From positions 518,615 to 582,614 of the forward strand of contig NW_002060962.1 in NCBI RefSeq assembly GCF_000150275.1: a stretch of 64,000 nt of DNA, given 5' to 3'. Under the pieces are notes generated by a model. The model saw nothing but the letters and a program-made list of their open reading frames with translations, was not told the DNA's origin and ran no database searches. Source of the stretch: Trichoplax adhaerens (Eukaryota > Animalia > Placozoa). Both the position numbers and the translations under genes were made by a program. Below, in pieces: positions 48,293 to 64,000 of the stretch; positions within the stretch are counted from its first letter, which is position 1, and each line of letters begins with the position of its first letter.

Positions 48293-48998
48293 GGTCGACA
48301 TGTGTCGTGCTTGCCTTCCATCCATCTGTAAGGCCAAAATCGGGCGGCCAAGAGACCGCCGGCCCCACCCGGCTATCCAAATTTCTTTCTCTCATCTGGA
48401 ATTAATCATGTTGCCGGCAACGCTAAAGCCTGTTCAATTTTATTATCGATTGATTTGTAAAGTAATAAGTACAAGTTGTACAACCGCATAAGTACGCCAA
48501 ATAGAACGAGTAAGGGTTGGACTAGTAATGTAACATCATTGATTGAAACCCGTTCAAATAGACAACCTTGAGCTTCGTTGATGTTCGTGTCTCAACGATA
48601 TTGATTGCTAGCCTAGATGTAATATCACATTAGACTCAATTTATTAATGTGGCGATTTTCTCAAGCTAAATATTCTTGCTTTTTAAAAATCAGTTGCTTG
48701 TCATACATGAAGAGAACATAAATGCCCACTGTAGGATGTCATCAATGCAATCCATTGGGTAGTAGATAGGATATACGTAGGTGTTCGCTTTCTACTTCTT
48801 ACCCGCCATGTTCATAGGTTTTCAAGGGTCGTTTACAGTCTACTGCAGTAAGTTGGAACACTTCCGGTATCATGCATCTTTCCATTTAGAATACTGCATT
48901 AAGTCACGCTATTTCTTATACGCTACAGTATGAAGAGTGAGTCAACAGCAGTGAGCAGGACTATGTCCACATGGACATTAGGCTTTCGTCACATCACT

Positions 48999-49110
48999 AT
49001 TGGCCTGATCAGCCACGTAGCTATTAGCCTGGTTAGCCGCGTAGCCATTAGCCTAGTTCGCCACGTAGCCATTAGTCTAGTTCGCCACGTAGCCATTAGT
49101 CTAGTTAGCC
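48999..49110. repeat. 24-bp minisatellite, ~4.7 copies
   Basis: Unit attag(c/t)ct(a/g)gtt(a/c)gcc(a/g)cgtagcc repeated in tandem. Confidence 0.85.
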
Positions 49111-49978
49111 AAATAACCACTTCGTCCCTACTGTATCTGGCCAGTTTCGTTTTATACGCTGCCAACAAAATCTCCCCCATACCTACTCTAAATATTACAA
49201 GTCAATGCCACCTTATATACTTGTATTTTGGACTTGTAGATAGATGGAATGCATGAATTTTTGAATTTTTTTTATAAATATTGATGGTAGAAAAGATTAG
49301 GTCATAAGGTCGTTGTAGAATCAGGCAGCTGCTAGAGCACACATGCGCAGTACGGTTGGATACCGTGCCATTATTTTTGCTATCGATTCCATATATCAAG
49401 GTATAGGATAGGAAGGTGTGCACAATAGGTGTCGTTGATCGCCAAGGTGTCCCCGAAGACGACATTTATTTTACACACTGGGTAGTATTACTACCCTTTG
49501 CTTTAGCTCAAACTCAAGTCTACTATACTTCACTGTTCTCAAAGTGCCCAGCCCTTTCAATTGTAAGCGAAAGTAATGTCACTACTCACGATACAGTAAA
49601 GCATCGATAAAACAGGACGTCGGTTAATCGCCTGGTAGTCGGATAGGGAAAGACTGGACGAGTGGACATAAAGAAGAAGAAGAGATCATATATAAATTAA
49701 TTCTTATTTATTAATCAATCAATCGAAGGGAGAAGAATTTTATCTATTACCCATCTACCAAATCTCCTTCATTTATTGGCTGTACAACACCAATCAGTTT
49801 AGCCTATCTAGGTTAAGGTAATATAAGATAAATCGACCGATCGATTTTTTGAAGCCCAGTGGTCACCGACGGAAGAAGATTCCTTGACCATCGCAGGATC
49901 CAAGAAGTCCAAGTTGATATTGTTGTTGTGGCACATTTCAATCCATGGTAGAGGAAGAAGACGTTGAAAACGAGCAAA

Positions 49979-56061
<6,083 letters not shown>

Positions 56062-57573
56062 TGAATAGCCTAGTAGAGTTAGCTAATAAGGGAATTTATT
56101 TTCCTTTTTCTGTTATGATGTACAAGTAAAATTGGACTTCAACTCGGCACACTGCTTTATACCTAATATTACGTTTGTTGTGTTCAGTGGATAATAATTG
56201 TTTTTTATCGAAAATCTAACATACTAGATTAAGATACTTTTCTCCATTGCAGTATCAATCCAATAGATGGAGATTATTCACTAAAATGTATGGAACGTCG
56301 AGTTGTTATTAATAATTATAATCATAGTTACATGATTAATGTTAGCGTAGGTTTATCTAGTGGATCGTCAATTTGAAATTGAGAAAATTATAATATTTAG
56401 AAATTACGACGGTGTCTTCATTTTGCCTATTCTTTGGCGTTTTATTGATAAATATTAATTATTGTTACTTCTACGGCAAATTATACCAGCCTTAATATTT
56501 ATTTAGGTATAATTACTAAGAAATTTTTTACGTGGTACTAACAACGTTACAGTCTTCCAAGAATACTGCATATTCGTGCTTGGTAGCGTTTATTATTGTA
56601 GCTAAGTTTACATTAACATTGTTGGATGCCAAAAAATGTTGTTCTATGATCACTATGTGCATGTATTCTACTTAAGCAGTGTCTGGGTGTAACGAATTTT
56701 ATCACGGACTGTTGATGTATTTATGATGTAAATAATTGGGTCAGATACGGTCTATTTTTAAGAGTATCGCGCACGCTGTGTAACACGATATATTAGGTTA
56801 GCCGTAATACAGTAATTATGTAAATTGACTATACTAACTAACTAACTAGCCAACTAACTATTCATTCAGTATCGCATCTTTTATTTCCTGGAAATTCCAG
56901 TATAAGATGAAACAAGGATTATGTCTTGTTATTGATTTATTTATTATGTTAAAGACTTATCCGATTAAAGTATATGAAAATATATTATTTTACGAAAATG
57001 TTGTATAGGGTGAAATTTTCTGCTGGCTGTATGAAAAATAAGAGTAGCCATGGTGGGTAATTAAATACATAATTTTAGGGTAAATATAGATGAAATCCAA
57101 AGAACGATGAGATATATTAACAAACGATTATTAATAGGTTATGAATTAGATAAAAAGCTAGATAAATGACATGCATGTTTCATCGATAGGTGACAAACTG
57201 GATATGCTGTTTTACAGGGTATAAATCGCAATTATGAGTACACATTTAGGCTCTCAAACATAATTATCATACCGTATAGCCTTCAGCGTTTTCGCTTGAC
57301 ATCATTAATAAAAAAATATTGTTGAAACGAATCAGGAGACTAATAATTCTTAAATACAAGATTTATATAGAAAGAGTAAGTTCAACATAGTAATGGTAGA
57401 ATAGCATATAACTTATACAGTTTAAATTTATGCGATTAAAGGTATTTATAGATGACTAGAAACAATTTCACATGTTTTATACTTTACTATACAAAGTTGT
57501 CAAATTATTCTAATTATTAGCTCGTACGAGTGATCGCATTATTAGCGATAATGATTATATCCATAGCAGAGAG

Positions 57574-60500
57574 TTATAAATCATCATCTCCGATTACATT
57601 AACATCTTCAAAAATTTCGTTTTGAACAACTTCTTCATTCTTGTTGGTATTGCGTTGTAACATTCCTTGAAACTTACTCTGTTGATAGTTAAAATTAATT
57701 TATTTCATAGGATTGCAAGGATAATAAGGTTACTGTAATTCTGTAGAATATTGATGAAGACACTACTTACTGAGAACTTTTTCATTGCATTTCCTGATCG
57801 CAAGACAAAATTACCGGAAGACTGTACATGTAATATAGATTAAATTGTATAAACAACGACGAATACTTAAAAGCATAGCAGAATGAATTTTGAAAATGAA
57901 ATGGAGTGAAAATCTACTTTATTTACCTCAATCGAGTCAGAAAATGCTGCATTAGTGGAACGTTGTGAGGCACTTGCTATTGTCTGTATGATGTTATAAG
58001 CAATATTAAAAATTGGGAAGATGTTTCGCATTATTCTATATTTGTGATTTAGGGTTACTTTACTCGTATTCCTAAATAGCTTTGAGGTATTACAAGATAG
58101 CCATTGATAGAATTTATACGTATTCTTATTATTGTAACTAGAGAGCTACAGACCTCTACAGATCCTGATGAAATAGAAGATTCTGTTATGGTTCTGCGGC
58201 GGCCAGCTGGTGTTCGGGTTGATTGATTTCGTCTACCTCGAACGTGTTCTTGTGCCATATCTTTAAGGCACATGCTCATAAATATGGCCTTGAGATATTC
58301 AGAATAAGTAAAATCATCAGATCTTTATTAAAATATTTCAATATGAACACTAAAATAATGAAACATTACACCGTAGATCTCGTTCCGAGCTTAGTTAATT
58401 GATTAGTCATAGATAACAAATATATAATAGGTATTTTATTCTAATATTCTTTCCAACATTAAGCTAAAAAGTTCTACGGATTATTTCATCGATGGCTGAA
58501 CTGGCGCTACTTTATTTTATATCCGTATACAATTTTGTCAGTTCAATATCGGGACAAAATATGAATAATGTTCATTGCACGTTTTATAAGTTTTGCTAAA
58601 GATATCCAGACACTTTTTTCCCGAAATGCCTTACAATCGGTACTATCTAGTATTTGAATTGGTTAACTTTTAAAGCATTTACTATGGGTATCTATGCTCA
58701 TTAGATATAATCCGTATAGTAGAAGAAAACGTAATCAATCAAATCGCGTAAGTATAGTTTTAAACTGAATTTATTTTTCAAATGTTTATTAAAAAGTTTT
58801 AGGTTAATTGCTGCGCATAATACTGATGGTTAAAAGCTAGTATAATTCATTTTAGGTTCTATACGTATTTATTTCGACATCTAGCCTTGATATCCTTTCT
58901 AATACTATAGTTGAAACTCCTTGCATGCTATTCTATGTACGATCGAGGTAAAGTATTAAATTAAGCGTATGATAATCATTTACGCACGCATTTGCTTCTA
59001 TCGCTTGAGCGATTAAATTATTATAACTAGCAATCAAAGTTTGAGTAGCGATATACTAAATATTGCACTCATATTGCTAAATACTTTTACTGTAAGAAAT
59101 TAATTTGGAGATAATATTTAAAATATTTGCGTGTTTGCTTTTATAGGAATAAAAAAATATCAAATTAGGCATGTACTAATTATTGCACTCGTATTTGTAA
59201 ATGCTACCACAATATTCTATACCTGGATGATTTAATTAATGTAGCAATGATATATCAAAGTAAAATACTAAAATTAGACATAGGAGTATACAGACTATTA
59301 TACTAGTATAAATATAAGATTATGATATCATAATATTGGGTGATTAAGTTAATATTGCTGTGATTTATTAAGGTAAAATATTAAATTTGGCGAGAATCAA
59401 CTTTTTAGTCTTAAATGCGTGTAAACCATAACATATACTGTTATATTTTTACTACTGCAATTTTCTTAATTGTTATATGTAGACATACCTGCGAAGAAGC
59501 AATCGATATCCATTGCAATTTTTCTTTACTCATAAGATATTCGAATGATAATATGAATAAATATTCGTCGCTATTTTCCTCACGCTAAGTATGATAGACA
59601 TTTAAAAAAATTGATATGATTAGACAATTATACTAAAATCGTTCGATTCTTTCGTAATCTATTAAACTATAATTAATTAAAGAAATTGTTTTTTAAATCT
59701 AACCTTAGCCACAGTTTTCCAGCATTTCATCCGTGTTAACTTAAATGAGCCAGCTTTAACCTTCCCCTTGTAATTGTAAATTATAAAAAGGAATAGAGGA
59801 ATTCGTTTTTATTCTAATTTGCATTCTATCAGACAATTATATCCTTGTAACTATTTAAGTATTTATCGAATAATATAGTCCTATGACCAGATACTATACG
59901 TACTTCTTCTAGAAATACTTTAATATTAAGTGCCATATCCCCAATGGAAACTAAGACTTTTGTATTTTCTTTAGGATAATCACATGTGCACATTTCAAAG
60001 ACGATATAGCCATAGTTATATTGCCGTTTTGCTAGTTGAATATACTGAAATTTCATCGAATGAAAGAGATTAGTTTGACTGTGAAGATTGGGCAATTAAT
60101 TATAATTTATTAAGTTTAACTAGAGATAATATTTCCACCTCCTTCTTTTCTTTTTTCTCTATTAATTCTGCTAACTTTGCTTTAGTATTTTGCGATGCGG
60201 ATATCCAACCTCGCTTAACTTCATCAACAATCTATATATTCAATTTACGTAGCACAGAAACAACATTATGAATCAAATAGATCCGCTGGTTGTGGTATTG
60301 TGGAATTGAATAGCAGTTTAATTTACTTGCAAATGGAGCAGATTCAAGCCAATCTCGGTTTCCATTAAAAGATCGTCATATTTCGTAGACCAATAGCTAA
60401 GAAAGTAAAAATAATGAATAAATTAGTAAAAACTATTATGACGGGTAAATTATCATGACAAATTGAATGTAGTCAAGCCGAAGTTAATGGCACAATAAAA

Positions 60501-63120
60501 TCTTGTGCAAGATTGCAGGAATTCTACCTGGTCAATAAAGAAAAGGAAGAGAAAAGGAAAAATGGACAAAATGAATTAACAAACGGACTGATTTTATTCC
60601 CAAAGCTACATCAAGTCTTTTAAGTTTGATCTTGAGTAAACCGTTTATGAAATAGGTAGCATTTCCATGTCAGTAGATGATACAGTAAGGATTTTAACTG
60701 CCAGAATCATGATCGATATGAAGGTTTGAATATCTGATCCTGTCGTTATTATTGGGAATCACGCATACTAGGGTACGGTAAAATACAATGATTCTTCGAT
60801 GCTGGAGAAATTTAAATTCGTACAACTACAAAAGGAAAGGATAGCTACTCTAGCAATGCAATCAATTATACAATCGGCAAAAGAGAAATGAAATAAGGTG
60901 ATCTAGCTATTCATTGAATCAATACTTATCCAATGTATTTTTGAATTTATAAGGGTACTCGTAACCTCTCAAGAATGTACAGTACAGTAAACAATATCAT
61001 AATGACGGGATTATTCCTGGAAGTCAATAAGATTAGAAAGTCTTTCCCAACTTTAACTTACCATTTTCGTATGACAATGTGTAAATTAGAATCATCGTTG
61101 GCGATAGAAAGATAGGGAGATTCAAAATTTTGTAACTTGCGAACAACTTGGCAAAAGAATAATAATCAGCATGATTAGTCCTCAAGAAAGTAATCCGAAC
61201 CATAACTAAAAGATCTATTCATGCTTGCCTATTGATAATGGTGAACATAGCATAGCGCAATCACTTATTAAAATTAATATAGTGATCTATAATTTTATTT
61301 TCGCTTGCAATATTAGAAATAGTCTTTCTACTTGATGGTAATTAAAAGTTAGAAACGTAATATAAAGATAGATAGTTATCCTGACTTTATGAATTAATTC
61401 TTCTACATGATCTATCTAGTATATAGAGTTCAATTTTGCTACAATAATTATGGTTAAACAAAAGCAATTCTTGAGTGATTTATAAGTTTGAGGGGGAAAT
61501 AAGTGAATACGACTACTGTGGGCAGAGAATAAGTCTATTAAGGTCTATTAACAACTTGGTTATGGACTTAATAGATAACATTAGGATAGTTGACGATAAA
61601 ATAAGCAATTGAAAGCCATCATTGGCTTGCTATAATTCATCATAATGATAACTAAAATACGAGCAGGAGTCTAATAGCAAGGAAAGTAGATATGATAATA
61701 TTATATTATGTTAATAAAGTAGTAGAGATTGTCGAATCTACGTACTGGTTGTTGTGTTCTCTTTTTTCTGGACAATATAAAGTCCGAAATAGTAGGCCAG
61801 TTCTGCCGGAAGTTCCAATTGTGATGCCACTGCCTATAATACAAATTATTGAATGGCATGATTTGCTGATATAAGAAGAAAAATAATTTTATCCAGCTAC
61901 TCTAACTTAGAGGTTAATCTCCCTTCTCTATGTCGTGAGATTGCACTGTAGAAGATCTATTTTCCAATTCCTTACCGATATTTTTTTGTTGAAAAAAAAA
62001 CAATATATAAAAGCTATACTTAACTACTTAACTTCGGCGCTAATCTCTATTAGATATAGCGAAATTGCATAGTCTAAGATATCATTTCTACCGTAAATTA
62101 GCTAAATCTCATTCTTTTATATCATTATGATGATAAAACTTTCAATAGGCTGGAAGAGCGTTTGACAGATCAAAAGCTCTTTCTAAAAAGTAAAGTAATG
62201 ATGAATGTATTTATTTCTTACCTCTAAGGCATCGTCTGTAAAGCTATCTGATGAAATATTGATGACAACTTTGTGGCCATTTAATAAATAAATATCTAAC
62301 TCGACATTCTCAACTTCCTTTCCAGATGAGACCTTGACAATATGAGATTAAAAATGATTAACGATGGTGCTTTGATGAAGACCTATCCAACACGGAAATT
62401 CTAGCTAGTCTAGTCTGAATCCGATCGGTATTTAGTTATTATAATATTGAATTTGTAACGAATAACGTTATGAAAATTTACATAAACGTAGTTAATGTGT
62501 AGTTTTGATAGTCATGGTATCACGAATATAATTGGATCTACCTATAAGCATACATTTATATATAATTAATACGTAGTGCTATCGTCATATTAAGATTCAG
62601 CACAGTAACTTCACATGGTGTCATTTAGATTAATATATATTTAGAGATAGTCCATATAAGATATCTATTCTTTATACAGCAATGAATTGGACACTGGACA
62701 GTACTTTGATGTTTAACTAGTTCAATAAAGTTATGCTCATCCATAACAGAATTTTGATATGAATATCAATGATAGCCACATAACATTGCAGTCCATAACC
62801 ATAATAAGAATAGAACTATAAAACCTTTAATTTGTGGATGTTATTGAACAATTATAATAATTAGAATACTAGCGTTACTAATCGGTGCATGATGTAGCTC
62901 ATAAGCGTATTACAATAATCTATAGTGGCAGACACCACTATTAGCTTGATCATTAGGAGTCACCAATTACTACCGTGGCTGTCGGTTATATCTTTTAATT
63001 CATTAACGCAATAGTCACATAATAAATTCTCCTTTCAAATTAAAATATAACTTACTTGCTGGAAAGTTACAAGATGGCGATTGAATATGTCGTCATTAAT
63101 AATTCTCTTTCTTTGAGTTA
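57574..63120 (-). CDS. SNX17: Sorting nexin 17 (PX-FERM), 5'-partial
   Basis: Exons give ...INDDIFNRHLVTFQQ|VSSGKEVENVELDIYLLNGHKVVINI...|AVASQLELPAELAYYFGLYIV|...RKLQNFESPYLS...IRK|YWSTKYDDLLM...LNLLHLQ|...YGYIVFEMCTCDYPK...|FKLTRMKCWK|...LSFEYLMSKEKLQWISIASSQ|AIFMSMCL...|...FEDVNVIGDDDL*. Most PX-domain exons were not found in the window. Confidence 0.92.
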
Positions 63121-63155
63121 CTGTAAGAAAGAAATGTATGTTGGTAAGAAATTAG

Positions 63156-63380
63156 CAGTCCCATTAAATCAGATAGCATGCGCTATATAAAAAAGTAGAG
63201 ATAGCTCAAATCAGCAGTCTTATAAATCAGATAGTATACGCCAATCAGAAATGTAGATATAGCTCGAATCAGCTGTCTTATAAAATCAGATAGCATGCTC
63301 TATTCAGAAAAGTAGATATGCCTCAAATCAACAGTCATATTAAGTCGGATAGTATACGCTATATAGTAGATATGACTCAA
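63156..63380. repeat. Tandem repeat, ~58-60 bp unit x ~4, SNX17 intron
   Basis: Recurrent cagtc.tat(t)aaatcagatag(c/t)at(g/a)c.c...gtagatat..ctc(a/g)aatca. Confidence 0.8.
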
Positions 63381-63718
63381 TTATGAGTAAAAGTCTTATT
63401 GTATATAACGTTGTCACGGTACGAACTACTGTAAAGAAATAGCTATCTAAATTTGGTTAATATAGTATAGTGATATTATATTACAACTAGTTACTTACAA
63501 TAGGAATTACTCTAATTATAATGTGTTACAGTAAATTTATTGCTGTGCTGTAATGTGTGCTGAAATGATTCTGTGAATGGACATATTGTAGTCCGACTGT
63601 GAAAAACTAATTAGTAGATGTTCTCACCCAAGTATTATTATAAGATGACTTGTGAATGTTAGCTGCTGTAGAAGGGTATATAAACCCGTCAGATAGTTGA
63701 ATAAAGCAGTTCTCAATT

Positions 63719-63768
63719 NNNNNNNNNNNNNNNNNNNNNNNNNNNNNNNNNNNNNNNNNNNNNNNNNN
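63719..63768. other. Assembly gap (50 N)
   Basis: Run of N characters. Confidence 0.99.
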
Positions 63769-64000
63769 TTCCTAACCCAACTCCTTACGCACGCTATGTT
63801 ATGCCATAGACTTCCAATTTTGTCAACAATACTACTGAAAGAAAGTGCTCGATTTACAGCTAATGCAGTATGCTACAGTACCGCACAATGGAGAGTGTAC
63901 TGTCAACAAGGAGGGACGCTTGTCGTCGCCTCACGGACACTACAGCGGACAGACACCACTCCAATCTTATACTGTACTGTTCTGTCTTGCATTGTCTGTC

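Overview
AT-rich, gene-dense eukaryotic (metazoan) genomic DNA with many short GT-AG introns. The compactness, composition and gene set suggest an early-branching animal such as the placozoan Trichoplax; this is an inference, not verified. Hand-spliced genes in order: LACTB2 copy A (-), LACTB2 copy B (+) (head-to-head duplicate), Hippo kinase STK3/4 (-), THEG-repeat protein (-), HDDC2 (+), MRPS28 (+), Hey bHLH-Orange (-), INTS9 (+), EIF2B4 (+), AK2 (-), a gamma-glutamyltranspeptidase (+) and SNX17 (-, 5' part not seen; 50-N gap near the end). Most ORF-track entries are exon fragments or repeat artefacts. Non-genic highlights: (1) self-complementary CAGTA/TACTG pentamer arrays within a few hundred bp upstream of several housekeeping genes; (2) small foldback elements with CA(A/G)G(G/A)ACT termini and exact 7-bp target-site duplications (P-superfamily-like MITEs); (3) a Hey promoter with CSL/Su(H) sites and Hey/Hes-type E-boxes; (4) tandem repeats at the EIF2B4 promoter and intron 1, one carrying a GAAA-tetraloop hairpin; (5) gene neighbourhoods (HDDC2-MRPS28-HEY; EIF2B4/SNX17) that recall human gene linkages. 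No tRNA, rRNA or CRISPR array was recognised.
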